A stretch of DNA of 63,571 nucleotides, counting the filler, from Hausera hauseri (Eukaryota): assembly GCA_046269625.1 (NCBI GenBank). It is 9 parts of 9 records of this genome, joined end to end, with 100 filler letters (N's around TTAATTAATTAA, not from the genome) between each part and the next. Parts side by side here need not be neighbours in the genome. Positions count along the whole stretch, not along the records: positions 50,437 to 55,623 come from JBJURY010313164.1; positions 55,724 to 63,571 come from JBJURY010900980.1; 7 more parts are not named here. One strand, written 5' to 3'. Shown in pieces: positions 50,437-63,253 of this stretch. Both the position numbers and the translations under genes were made by a program. Below the pieces are notes generated by a model. That model was not told the origin of the DNA. It ran no database searches and was given only the letters and a program-made list of their open reading frames with translations. Within the stretch, counting starts at the first letter, position 1, and each line of letters opens with the position of its first letter.

Positions 50437-52800
50437 TCAATGTGCCGCTGAAAAGTTTGTGCGGCATTCCGCAAACCGAATGGCATAAACAGGTATTCAT
50501 AGAGGCCGAAAGGAATAGTGACGGCAGTTTTTCTATGTCTTCAAATGCCACCGGTATTTGATGGTATGCTTTAGCTAAATTAATGTTCGAATAGATGGTG
50601 GTTGAATTAAGAAGATGCAAGATATTCTTGATGAGTGATAAAGGGTATGCATCCATGATTGTCAAGTTGTTCAACTGCCGGTAGTCACCGCATTGTCTAA
50701 AAGTACCGTCCTTTTTTGTACAACGTGTAACGGTGATTACTAAGGAGATTTGGAATGTCGTACTATGCCAGAACGTTCTAGTTCGAGACATTCGGCTTCT
50801 ACGGCCTGTCTACGACGAGGTGACAGAGGCCGTACCTTTTGGAGCATTGTACGTTGATGCTGTGTAACTATATGGTGTAAAGTACTGTTTGCGGGAGTAA
50901 ACGTGCAGTCTTTTTTAAGTACGCGTGGACATAATGTGTTGACGAATTTCTGTAAAGTATTAGGGAACTTTGAAAGATTTGGTGAAAGTGGTGAAACGGC
51001 TTGAGTAGTAGCGGATGCAATTTGTGAGTTGTTAGGTGATGTGCAGTCAAGTAGTATTTTGTGTAAGATGGTCGAATTGAAAATGGTGTTGGATGAAGTA
51101 TTTTCGTCGAATAAATTAACGTTGGTGGCAGTACCATAATTATCGACATCAAACTTCAATTGTATATCAACATTATTATTTAAAAATTTACAAATGGAAT
51201 TATTGTTATAAAAAATCGAATTATTCATTAACTTATTTAAGATTGACCTCCGCATTCCGGTCGACTGCGCGGTAGTCAAAATAATATTGACAGGTCCAGA
51301 AATGTCGCCAGTGGTGCCGTTCCTCAAACATCGCTGAGTTCAGTCAACCAGTAAATTATAGTGTGAGAGAAAGTTGGATCCTAGAATTGCCGTCTGGACG
51401 TTAGCGATTGTGAACATCCAGAGGAAGGGTAAAGGAAAATTTGGTAAAGTGAAAGATAATTTAGCCATGCCAGAAATGTGCAGCGGTTGATCTGAAGCAG
51501 TGTATAAGGACTTAAGTCTGAATGGAGAATTTTGTATAGTGAAGGTTTGTAGTAATAAAAAATCGCTGCACATGTATCAATGAGAAAGTCAACAGACTGC
51601 GTTGTAGGAGCAGTGATTAAAGCCTTTAGAGCAAAAACAGCAAAAGAGACATGTCGGCGTTCAGAAAGTGAAGTAGTGCCTTTGCCAGAGTTTGCCGTGA
51701 CTTCTGGCGGCAAACAGTTTTTTTGAAAGGGTGAATTAGGACGACTATTAGGAAGAAAGGCAGTACGTCCGTCGTTCGTATTTGATTTAAAGGTGCAGCC
51801 TAGAATATATTTACGAGCTTTGTTTTTGAACCTTGCATGGTAGATGCAAACAAAGGTGTCCGAGGAAAAATTCTTGTTATAAAATTTGCACTGTGGGCAG
51901 CACTTCTAAGCATTAGTGTTGAATTTGCTGTGGTATAGCAGATGGACGAACACGCAGGCGAAGGTGAGCGGTTTCTAGACGTAGAAAGAACGCGGTCAGC
52001 GGCAAAACCCCCTCGCCGGGACAGAGACATTTCGTGTAATTTATTATTGATATTGTTGATTGTTGCATGCAATGCAATATTTTCAGCACGTAGCTGATTA
52101 AGCTGTTGTTCTATGGATGTATTATCATTAGCAGCAGCTGCTGCTGAAACAACTGGTGGAGAATTTACGTGTGGGACATCGTGTGTCCTATCGGCTAATT
52201 CGGCCAATTTCTCAAGCTGTGTGGAGTCTTCTACCACGTAAGTAGGGCCCACATTTGGATAAGTAGCGCATCAAGGAAATAGTGGCGCAGTAGATCTGGG
52301 TTGTGTTACTTAGTGACGCCGAGAGTATGTAGATGTGCTAAAATGTACGTAAGAATTCGGATGGCCGTTGGGTGCCTATAACGTTGTCGTGGAAGAAACG
52401 ATGTATGATCGTGTCCATGGAAGGTTCTGTGATCTTAAGAACTGCGTTAGAAAGTTAGGAATATGGGTCTGGAAGTTCAAAGATTTCTATGATGTTGCGA
52501 ATGCGGGTTTTGATGTTATTAGGGAGTAAGAAGAGGAGATTATGTGCTTTAGTTAAAGAGTCAGTGATGTTATTTGCCTGTAGCCATAGCTGATGAAATT
52601 GCAAACGAAGTTTTGCTGGAACCTTGGTTGTCAATAAAAAATTCGGTGCAGTTGGGGAAAGGATTGGAAGAGGTAATGGATGGAAGGTTGCTAGTAGGAG
52701 TAGAAATGGGTTTTTGGAGCAATATAACAGGTATTAATTTCGTGGTAGTTTTATCCGTGGTGTCTATGATTGGTGAGTTTATGCCACCACAAATACGGAG
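50437..52800 (-). mobile_element. Ty3/Gypsy element H (gag, protease, 5' part of RT), decayed
   Basis: gag IGTQRPSEFL and LEKLAELADR; protease FLIDTCA and ILGSNFL; RT KKDGTFRQCGDYRQLN, YPL, YHQIPVA. Confidence 0.9.
51684..51723 (-). promoter_or_regulatory. -1 ribosomal frameshift signal (AAAAAAC plus pseudoknot), element H
   Basis: AAAAAAC tg TTTGCCG CCAGA agtca CGGCAAA c TCTGG at the gag/pro boundary. Confidence 0.7.
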
Positions 52801-53149
52801 ATGTATGTGGAGGCAAGTGTGGCTTGTAAAAGATGGTAGGGTTCCGTTGAGAGTTATGATAGCGCCGTTATGGGTGAGGTAAAATCGGAAGAGCAAAGTA
52901 AAAAAGAAATGAAGGTACGAAAATTTGCAATATGGAAATGTGGTGTAGTGATTGTGTAAATGTGTATTATTGAGGAAAAGGAGAATAGAGAGGGGGAAGT
53001 AGTATGCCTGGGGCGTGGTGTGGGGCCGACGCGAGCGGCTTCGTCTGACCAACCGGCGTAGGGTTGACGGACGGGACCTCCGCCTCGGCGAGGCGGGCCC
53101 CAAATTGCACGGTGACCGAATCTCCCCTCAAAATTGCGGCCATGTCTTC

Positions 53150-53343
53150 AGCTCAATAATGTATTTGATGCACAGACAATTAATGTATCGATCCGCTATG
53201 TCCATTGATTTAGGCTCGTCCAAACGCTGACTGGCCAAATGGCAATTCACAGCATTGTAATAAATACGACCTTTCAGTGCATAGAAGTCAATCAGAGTCA
53301 GTGTGTGATACAGCTAGATTTTGAAATAAAGCCATAATGAGGT
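53150..53343 (-). pseudogene. NAA15/NAA16 (NatA auxiliary subunit) fragment
   Basis: HTLTLIDFYALKGRIYYNA...LDEPKSMDIADRYINCLCIKY resembles TPTLIEL...K.KIYKHAG...DEAQ.LDTADR.IN.KC.KY. Confidence 0.75.
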
Positions 53344-53401
53344 CTATGGAAAGGTAAAGTTATTAAAAAGATAAAATTATTATCGTCAACGATAAAATTA
53401 C

Positions 53402-54150
53402 CGAGTCGTTCAACTTTGCTTTCGACCGACACTAAATCGGATTTTATTGTCTGTGCCTGACTGATGAGGGTAACATATTCCTCCGCATATTTGGCGATAC
53501 TGGCTTCAAGTTGCTTAATGAGATTCTCGGTTCCTTCCGCTTTTTTCTTATCCGCTTGGGCAGCTTCAGTTAACTCGGTTAATTCACTTCTAAGCAGTTG
53601 AACTCGTTTTAAAATACCAGCATAATTGACTTGGGCAATCACCCATTTCACCATCGGTCCGCATGCATTACTAGCTTTGTTAATCTTTTCAAAATTGCAA
53701 TCCGCGTTGCTCAAATATTTTTCTTTCATTGTGTCACGTATGGGATCAGTAATGTCGTCAGTATTGAAATTCAATATATTCTGAACAAAATTATCTTTAA
53801 CTATGGACTTGAGAACCGATGTCTCTTCCGCAGTTTTTTCTCCCAATAAAAAGCATATCGCTTCTGCAGCCATCTTTACCAACTGTGGAGAATTTTTCAT
53901 AGCTCTAATTTCCTGAACGTCTTTCTTGCGAATATTCTATATAGCGTGCTTGGCATCATTAACGGATGGCTCAACTTGCTCTAGCTCCATATTAACAGCT
54001 TGTTTCTTTTCATTAATAAATTGCTCTTGTTTAACCATTTCTTTTTGTAATTCCTGATTAGTTGCCTTACGTTGTTCTGTCTCTTGCTGCTCTTGAACTA
54101 TCTGTTTCAGCTTTTGGTTGGCAGCATTGTTCATTCTTTACAATTCTTCC
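53402..54150 (-). pseudogene. DYNC1H1: Cytoplasmic dynein heavy chain fragment (stalk CC1-MTBD-CC2)
   Basis: AANQKLK, VEP.V.DAK.A, VKMA.EAIC.LLGE, KYLSN, KAS.ACGPMVKW..AQ.NYA, LISQAQ.IK. One stop; intronless. Confidence 0.92.
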
Positions 54151-54173
54151 CAAATCGTCCAAATCAAACCCAA

Positions 54174-54893
54174 AACAACGGATGGTATAAGGCACCTCCA
54201 TCTCAAATTGAAACTGGCAATACTTGAAGTATTCAATAGAACAATTCTACCCGGTGCCAATAAATTTTGGATTTCGTTTCTATTTTCCATAATTTCGCAA
54301 AAAGACTTTCTCAACTCACGGTAATAAGTACAGGTTTTATAAAACGACTTAACAATGTCTAAATTACACCCTTTATCCGTACAATTTAGTCCTTTTAAAG
54401 GTATGGACTTCAATTTAGGGGATATAGCATAGTATTCCTGATATTTTTCTTCGTAGTTCTTTATTCTTTCTGCCTCACTGAAACTGTGGCGTATTATATA
54501 CTTAATATTTAGTTCTTTTTCATAATTAACCGTCTCCAATTTGTGCATTTCTTCGTTAGAAATGAGCTGTGTAGCAGGTTTAAAACTCGCTGAACTCGCA
54601 ATCCATTCAGACAGTAAACAGTTACGGAAAAATCGATTTAACCAATGCTTTTCTATATCTTGAACGTTGATTTTCGGTTTCGTCTGATAAATTGTATTGA
54701 CATCGACAAGTGTTTTCGGCAAATCATCCGAAAACGATTTAATAATCACATCATCATGCAATAATCTAACGGGAACAAAATCCGGATCACGAAAATCTGA
54801 CGTTGATATCGAATGTATGTGGTTTATTTTCATCATGTTCGGAAAAATCATAAGAACTTTAACTTTATACTTATGATTTCCGGACGTTTGGCG
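54174..54893 (-). pseudogene. Inserted host fragment whose 3' half is SKI2/SKIV2L helicase-like
   Basis: LNIKYIIRHSFSE...C...C..DI...FY...LLAPGRIVLL resembles SKI2 VEDMMKRSFSE...L..GRVV. The 5' half is unassigned. Confidence 0.6.
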
Positions 54894-55339
54894 AATCAAA
54901 CCCAACATCGACCGTGGATTGCCAACGACAATATCGTGATCACTAACATTCTACAAATGAACGTGTTGATCCAACAGAAAATTTATGGCTTTGTCAACGT
55001 TAACTAAACAGTGAATACGCATTTTGCCCCTTGTCGGCTTTCGGAGTTTTTTGCAAGCTAATATTTCTAACAGTTTAATCAACTTCTTACCATCATGTAA
55101 ATCCAAATAGAGATCGTCAATAGTTTGTGATATTTTAATCAAATGGGAATTCATCCCTTTCGTAAATGTTTTTTCTGAACCATTTCGCGTTCCTCGGCTA
55201 GTGCTTTAATTCGAGACCTTTCGTACAATTTTGCAATGCTATCTCCTCCCTCAAATTCTTCTTCATCGCTAAAATAGACCCCATTGGCATTGCCATTTGC
55301 GTCCCATTTCATATTTTGCTGCATACTCTGAACTTCCAT
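54894..55339 (-). pseudogene. beta-spectrin N-terminus and CH1 domain fragment
   Basis: [26 protein letters not shown]...DLY.DL.DGK.LIKLLE.L...[19 protein letters not shown]...DIV.GN...LGLI. Frameshift and stop. Confidence 0.92.
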
Positions 55340-55723
55340 TGTGTTTGGAAAAATGTATCTCAAACGAAAATCAGAGATATTGATAAACTGATAAAATACA
55401 GACAATCAAATCACAGAAACAATGTCAGTAATGTAAATGTTATTAATGCGATATAACAAGCAAAAAACTGGTGTCGCTTTAATTTCATGTATTGATGTAT
55501 TCATATTCAGATTTAGCAGGTAATTTCGGCTTATTTGAAAGGTTCTATCTAGTCGACTCCGCTTAACTTCATGTAGTCGTAAAGTTGAGTGTGACGCTAA
55601 CCGAAATGTGAAATTATGCTGTANNNNNNNNNNNNNNNNNNNNNNNNNNNNNNNNNNNNNNNNNNNNTTAATTAATTAANNNNNNNNNNNNNNNNNNNNN
55701 NNNNNNNNNNNNNNNNNNNNNNN

Positions 55724-58700
55724 ACCAGAGATTTGAAAAGATTTTCTTCAAATTGCGGACCCTGGTCCGTTATAATGTGACATGGTGAACCCAAGCGGTT
55801 GATCCATATTTTGATAAAAGCATCTGCTACGGAATCAATGTTGGTTGATGGAAGAGGAAAGGCTTCCGGCCAGCGAGAAGCGCGATCACTCATAGACAAG
55901 ATATATTGGTAACCGATGTCGGATGTTGAAGGGCCGACAAGATGCAAATGAAAGGTGTCAAAACGAGATGTACAAGGGAAGTGGTAAAGTGGTGGTTTGA
56001 GCTGATTATGGACTTATACTGCTGACATGCTACACATCCCTTAACCCAGACCTGTACATCTGTACGTATAGTTGGCCATACATCGTGGCGTTGCAGTAGA
56101 CGAAATGTGGCTTTCGAACCCGGATGATGAAGAGAGTGAAAATGAGTGAAAGCTGTCTTTTGTAACGATGGAGCAAGAATGATTTTTTTATTGGTCGAGT
56201 TGGATGTCGAGTTGGCGATGTCATCGATGATCTCAACAAACTTCTCAGGATTTTAGAGGACAAAATTGGCTGAACTGTAATTGAACTGACCGACCTCGAC
56301 AGAAAGTCTTCTACTAAATTTTCGGTTCCTGAAATATATTTCATTGAAAAACTAAATGTCGACAGATATGATATATGTCGTTCTTGTCTGGATGATGGCT
56401 ATTTTAACATCATGATATGAAGTAGAGTCATGTAGTCGGTTTGGATGACGAATTGAGGTGATAGAAGCAAATGCTTGAAATGCTTTACCACTAGAACTAT
56501 GGCCAGGAGCTCACGATCGAATGTTGAGTATCGGCTTTCTGCTTGCGCGAGCTTTCGGGAATAGAATTCTAACGGCTCATCTATACCATTGTATATTTGG
56601 TGTAATATCACACCAGTGGCTGTGGTGGAGGCATCGGTGGTTAGTGTTAGTTCCGCGTTAGGTTTTGGAAAAGCCAGGATTTCAACGGTTTTCAGACCTT
56701 CACGAAGGCGATCAGATTGGTTTATTATATCAGAAGTTCAGTGGATTAATTGTCTTTTCTTCCCGGAGGAGAGGGGTGCGAAAGGTGTCATTAGTTCGGA
56801 GCAGTGTGGCACACATTTGTGTACAAAATGCAGTGTCCATAAAAAACTCCTTATGTCGGTAGTAGTAGGTGGTAATGTCACATTTTTCAACTGTTGCAAG
56901 CGGTCAGGCTGGGGGGAATGACCATCGGGAGTAATTATATGGCCTAAAAAGTTGATGCGTTTCTGAAAGAAATTAAATTTGGATAAATTAATTTTCAGGT
57001 TGCTTTGATGCAATCTGTGAAAAATAATTTGGAGATGCTCATGATATTGTATTATGGAGGTTGAGGCGACTAGTATGTCGTATATATGGATGAGCAAAAT
57101 CAAGACCTGAATGTACTGTGCCGATATGGCGTTGAAAGGTTTGAGATGCGCTACGTAGGCCGAAAGGCATGAAGATGTATTCATAAAGGCCAAATGGTGT
57201 GATGACAGCAGTTTTTGGAATGTCGTCAGGTGCAACAGGAATTTGATAGTAGGCCTTGTGCAGATCAATGATAGAGTAGGTATTGGTGATACTGAGGCTA
57301 TAAAAAATATCCTTAATGTGTGGTAGTGGATAGGCATCTGTAATAGTTAGGTTGATTAATTGTCGATAGTCACCACATGGCCTGTAAGTACCATCTTTCT
57401 TTACCACTACGTAAAGAGGAGAGGCCCATGGAGAATTCGATTTCCGAACGATGCCAGACTTTTCCAGTTCACTAAATTCCTGTTCCACAGCTTTACGTCT
57501 GCGTGGCGACAAAGATCTGACCTTTTGTTTGATAGGCCTCTGATGCTCTATTAATATATCGTGATAAGTTTTGGATGGAGACTTGAAGTTGACATCCCTT
57601 TTATCTATCCGAAAGCAAGACGTTGTGACGTATTATTTAAGATCGGAGTTTAGAGATAAGAACGAATGAGGCATGTCATCGGACGAGACAGTTGCAGCAA
57701 TTTACGAAGAACAATCGGCATTGCCACTGTCAAAATTCAGTTTGTATTTTTGTTTTAAAATTGGTTTGTGATTGTTATACTCGTCATCATTTGATGAGGT
57801 ATTCGGTATATTTATAAAAGCGTGAATTTAGGTGTTCCCTAGATTGTCTGTGAGATATACGTGCGGAATTCGGATCGAGTTCCTACTCAGAAGACAGCCG
57901 TATTTGCAATCAACCAATAGAGCATATGCAGCAAGAAAATCTGAGCCTATTGTGGGAGATTTAATACTGGCCACGTAAAACTTCCAGACAAACTTATCCG
58001 GCAAGTTGGCGAATGTGAAAGTCAGTTCCGTGGTTCCTGCAACGTGCATCGGTTGCCCACTGGCAGTGAAGAACGGAGGACAGGAAATTATAGTGGATGT
58101 AAGAGTGAAGGACAAGGGAAGGAGTGAAAAGGCAGCTCCTGAGTCTATTAAGAATTTGATATGTGAGGTATCTCTGCACAACAGTGCAGCTTTCAACAGA
58201 AAGACTGCGGAGGCGGTGTTGAAACTGCTAGAAGATTGAGCGATATTGCCTGCGCCAGAATGTGCCGTGGCATCTGGCGGCGTTGTTAGTTTTTTGAGGT
58301 TTGTTGGAGAAAAGAAGAGGAATGAAAAGAGCGAGGAGAAGAAGATGGAGGAAAACTAGAATTCTTTTTATAATATTTGCATCCTGGGACACACGAACTA
58401 GCCTTGGACTGATACTTTCTGTGATAAATGCAGAATGGATTGTCTACTGCATAACGTTTGTCGTAAAATCGACATCACAAAAGACATTTGCTTGCGTCTC
58501 CGTGGAATTTGTTATGATGAAAGCAAATTATTCTTCCATCTCGAGATTTGGATCAAAAGGAATGCCTGCAAAGACTACGATAGCGCGAGACACGGTTTCC
58601 CCTTCTTCGAGGCACAGATAAATCACTGAATTGGGCTGTAATCGCAGGAATTGCCTGTTGGTGTGTCGAACTGTTTCTGCATCATTTGCAGTTGTGCAAA

Positions 58701-59295
58701 TAAAATGTTATCCGTGTGATGGTATGTGAGCGGTTGCTGCAGCTACTGGTTGTAAGCTATTTGATTGTAAGATGTCAAAACATCTATCTGCCAGTAAGGC
58801 AAGTTTCTCGAGTGCCGTTGAATCGTTTACGACAGTAAGCAACGCTCTGATATAGGTGGGCAAAAAAGAAAGAAAATACCGACGAAGAAGTTCGGCATTG
58901 TTTGTAAGAGTGACACCTAAGGAACTCAGTTGAGAAATAGCGGTTTTAAGGAAATCAAACGGCTTTTGATTTCCGATAGCATGTTCATTAAAGTATTTTT
59001 TTATGTTATGCTGTCAATGGAAGGGTCGGTAATATGTAGGACTGATTCGTACAGCATGTCATGGATTTGAAGAGGTGAGTATGTCGGCAAGATTATTGAT
59101 TTGCTATTTGATATTTGCTGAAAGAAAAAACTGTGATGCAATTGGCTTTATGCCATTGCAAATGGAATTGTAGCCAGGTGAGAGTCGAATTAGCTTTGTC
59201 TAGGAAGAACTCTGTACAAGGAAGATTTGGAGATGTAGTTGGTGTGGGGTCAGCAGGACGACGATCAGATGGGGTCTTGGTGGCGTTTTCAACAT
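55724..59295 (-). mobile_element. Ty3/Gypsy element I (gag, protease, RT, RNase H, 5' part of integrase), decayed
   Basis: gag PCTEFF and LEKLALLAD; FLIDSGA; WASPLYVVVKKDG; MPFGLR; TDAS; YSTFDRELLA; HLVGP, SRWPEAFP, TDQGPQFE. Homologous to element H. Confidence 0.95.
58254..58295 (-). promoter_or_regulatory. -1 ribosomal frameshift signal, element I
   Basis: AAAAAAC TAA caac GCCG CCAGA tgcca CGGC acat TCTGG. Confidence 0.7.
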
Positions 59296-59949
59296 AAGAA
59301 GGATAGGGGTCCGATCAACCCCGTAGGCGAAAATAAAGCATGAGATGGGTAACTGGACGTTCATGGCATGTGAAAGACAAGTAATTCGACAGGATGTAGT
59401 GATACCTCTATACGTGAAATAAAAGTTAGAAGTGTTGAGTGAGGAGGATAGAGTTTTATAGGGGCTGAGCTGTGGAATTGAATGGAACTCTTATGGTTTT
59501 AATGTGTTAATTATTGCTGAAGACAGGAAAGAAAATTACAATGAGGTGATCCTAAGGGAACGTTAAAATGCACGGGGGAGTGGGCGGCTTCCTTTAGGGT
59601 TGAGGTTAAGCGTATAGCCGGAAAGGTAGTGGTAAATATTAATTGTGATAAAATAATATCTAAAGTCTTCGAGCTTAGAAACCTTTTAAAATTAAAATAG
59701 ATGTTAGCTGTTAAGGATTTATGCGTGTCCAAAGAATGGCCGCACTGGTGGGCGGAAATCAGTGAAAACAACCTCACCCATCTGTGTCTAAATGTGGTTT
59801 TACTGACCGCCATGACAGCATCCTCATTATGACCAGGCACTGACGATGTTATTTTAATGTGAAATGATTGCGCTGAACAATTTCCGCCGGCCCCGAATAC
59901 TGTTGAATTGAAATTGGCACCGTATGACCTGATCTGCCTTCGTGGTAAA

Positions 59950-60251
59950 AGGATATTAGCATCTGTAATTTGGGAACCCGTTTCTTGAGTTCGAAAACTC
60001 TTCGGATCGCTATTATTACTTTTGTCTATCGCAGCCTGGGACCTGATGTGAAACGTAAAACTGTGTTCGGGTGGTGCAGTCTTAAATTTGTTTGTGTACC
60101 GATTAGTCCCGTTCACAATGAGCCAGATTATTGGCGCCGTACTGTTAGTCGTATCACGAGATTTCCAGCTGATGAAAGCGTTGTTTTCCGTTGTTCGAAT
60201 ATCACTAATGATTGATGCTCGTGGCAAACCATTTGTTGATTTGTTATGCAT
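59950..60251 (-). pseudogene. Fibronectin type III-like host fragment
   Basis: P.ASIISDIRTTENNAFISWK...PEHSFTFHIRS. Weak motif match. Confidence 0.35.
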
Positions 60252-60289
60252 TGCTATGATACTTCCAAGTATAGAGAGATAGAGGTAGA

Positions 60290-61200
60290 TAATTTTTAAG
60301 TTTTATTAAGCTGATAAGCCTTAGTGAGCATGTTTCATAACTCTTTGGAACACAAATTATCAAAAAATGCTTATTTTCAAAATGGATTATTTTGAGAAAG
60401 ACTTTAAGAGCACTGGTTTTAAGTAAATGTCTAAGCAAAATAACTGATTTGCTATACGCTTCAGGGAAATATGATGGTAAAAGGAGACTGTACAAAACAC
60501 TGACAGTGTAAGTTGTTTTCATTAGGGGAGCAAAATAGAGATATTTCTGAAGTGTTTCGGAGTTTTCTTTGTAAATAGCTTCCATAAGATTCGTGTTAGC
60601 ATGATGGTTGGTGGTAAAAAATTCAGTAAATAATTTATAGACCACCGGAGTTTTTCACTGCTGACCTGTAAGGACAAATCTCCGATATTGATAAGTAATT
60701 CCATACATTTTTTGTTATTTGATATAGTAACACCTGAAAGAGTTACTTCACTCTCTTCAGTATGAATTACATCTGACGGATCAATCCTCGTAGGAGGGAT
60801 AGCCCCATTATATATTTCAAGCTGCTGTATTGTTCGATAGTTATCTTTCTCTTCGATTATTAAATCTGGACCTTTAGAGATCTCAAAATAATTTCCGTCT
60901 CTGTATAGATCTTTCAAATGCGCTTCGACCTTTTTACGAAGGTTAATAAAAAATTCGTTAGAATGAACTTCAGTTTCAGATTGATGAGAATTACGACGAC
61001 CAGATGAATTATAAAGTCACTGTGACAATACGGCATTTTCTGTAGGTCTTTCTCGACAAGCCGGGATTTTTCCGCTGATAAAGGTACCTAATATCACATT
61101 CTCTGATAAATTTACAAAGAATTTGGATAAGATTCACACGTTTGTTCACAGATTCCTCCATTTCTGATGAAACTTCAAAATAATTTTCTAAAACATCATC
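60290..61200 (-). pseudogene. USP9X/fat facets-like deubiquitinase fragment
   Basis: [17 protein letters not shown]; HSNE; EVTLSGVTIS...IGDL....KLR....LLNFLPP; VLYSLLLP. These follow the order of USP9X motifs EYINECD, HTND, LPGVIMS, LMKLMPP, VYALLMP. Confidence 0.72.
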
Positions 61201-63253
61201 GAGTCGATTCCGTTTTTCGACTTCGGCAACAAGTTTATCAGTACTGAACTGGCCTCTGACAACCATTATGAGTTGCTTAATAACGTCATCGGAACCATTG
61301 ACATCGAGCAAGCCACCAACGACAACTGGTAGTCGCTGGGGGTTGACCTTTTGAATGTATATTTTAATGTACTTCTGCAGTTGATGTCGGTATAGATAGA
61401 GTACCAAATCGTAAACAAAATTTAATCTAACACAGACAATTATGAGGAATGGTTGATCGGTCAATTTAGCCGCCTTCGAAAAATTTGTAACTCTCTGCAA
61501 ATCCTCTCAAACTCCTTAATCTGTCCGGTCTTACAGGCCGATTGAATGTGCTTAAAATGCACTTCTGGATCTTGGCTAATGTTAGCGATTGAGCTGAGGA
61601 AATAAAACAGGCCCTCGTAACATTTTCATGATTTGAAAATTTTAATGATGTTAGTCGTACCAAGTTGTTCGTGATATTTACTGGCAATCTGAACGCAGAC
61701 CTGCAGATTCTGTCTGATGTTTGCGTGAAGCATGGCTTTGATATACTCAAGAGAATCGTCAACTGACAAACAGTGGAAATAGTTAAGAAGGAACTCCGGA
61801 TTCAACAGATGAGTATGGACGACATAATCGGTATAATGTTCAAGTGCCCGTTGCAATAAACCAGTTTTTTTACATATTTGTGCAATGTGAGCTTTATCGT
61901 AATGCATGAATATTTTGTTGCCCGTAAGGGCATCGGCAACTTGCGGCGCATGCACAAGATTCATTTCGAGCAGTCGCATTTGTAAATGAGCTTCCGATGG
62001 TCTGTTATTTTTTTGTGCATCCAACAGGAATGAAGTGCACTGCTGAGCCAGACCCTGTTCCATGAAAATATCGCCAATCTGATTGAGATCGTTGTTGAGT
62101 GGTTCTTCGTCCTGAACGAGCATTTGTGCAGATTGTAGACCCTGGTCAGGGTTTGTTCTTATCAGATTTCTCAGCAGGTATACGTAATCAGGTGTGAATC
62201 CAACATTTTTCGAGTACAGAATAATCTTCTGGAACTGTCCCATTTCTGCAAAACACTGAACAACTTTCTGAGGCACATTTGCTCTTAAATAGACGGACAA
62301 TATCAATGTGGGGTTATTCTGTTTAACAATGTCACCAAATTCTTCGGAACATTCACGTTTATCTGTCTTTAACCACTTTTCAAGTAACTGTTTCTTGCCT
62401 TGTAAAAGAACTGATCACCAGAGTTTCAGACATTCGTATTTGTTAAGTTGTTCTTGGTCTAGTAGAATGCCGAAATACTGAAGTAAATTGGAGGCTTTGA
62501 GTAGGCACTTGCTGAAATCGGTGAATCGTTTTAGCAGTTCTCAATGTTCCTTTGGGTGCACTTGCTGCTACTTTGCAGCCTCGGAATACTGACCGATACT
62601 GACTAGGTTGCTGAATTTGTGAACGAAAAGGTCTTCTGCACAGTTTGTTTCTGATAGTCACTCGTAAAGCCAAGTCGGGCATGTTTAGAGTATTTGTAAT
62701 GTAAGAAACGATCGTGTCTTCCTCAATCGAAACAAATAAAACCTGACCCTTTCGGTTCACTCCGATAAATCCAGCGGTGGCTTCGTACGGTGATGTGACA
62801 AATATTGTTTCACTGCTGATGCGATATACATAAATTCATGTTCCGATCTCGATATTGTTCATGTAAATGTAACCATATTTGGTGATTAGAAATACCATGC
62901 TGTATTTGTTGGAAGTCTGCATAGCTACTGGAAAATCAGCTGCTGCTTCCGGTGGAAACATAACATCAACGCTGTACAACTGCATAGCATCAACAACTCT
63001 ACTCTGCTGTGCCGAAATACCGATTAAAGTTAACAATTTCGTACTGGGATCACAACGACAATTAATGATTTGACAACCGTTTAACGACGAATGCCGATAG
63101 AATATTTTCATAGGACTTGAATCATCTTCCATTAACCAAAGAAACACTGCATTTTCCGTAACTATAGTAATTGTATTCACCGAAATCCATTTATAATAAT
63201 AACGTCTACATATAATAACGTCTTCCGTTAAATTGTGAGATTTCATTTTGCTC
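61201..63253 (-). pseudogene. CLTC: Clathrin heavy chain fragment (propeller to proximal repeats), intronless, with internal deletions
   Basis: [78 protein letters not shown]. Confidence 0.96.

Noticed and set aside
53090-53130. TTTGGGGCCCG on the minus strand as a tRNA-Pro PBS for element H
   Set aside because: Poor match and no recognisable LTR upstream. The adjacent sequence is NAA15-like.
53298-55405. Functional dynein and spectrin genes (likewise clathrin at 61201-63253)
   Set aside because: These are small internal pieces with stops, frameshifts and deletions, fused to unrelated sequence.
5094-55723. Recurrent TTAATTAATTAA as a biological repeat, CRISPR array or piggyBac site
   Set aside because: It is always centred in 44+44 Ns, so it is an artificial linker. 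ORFs that run into it are artefacts.
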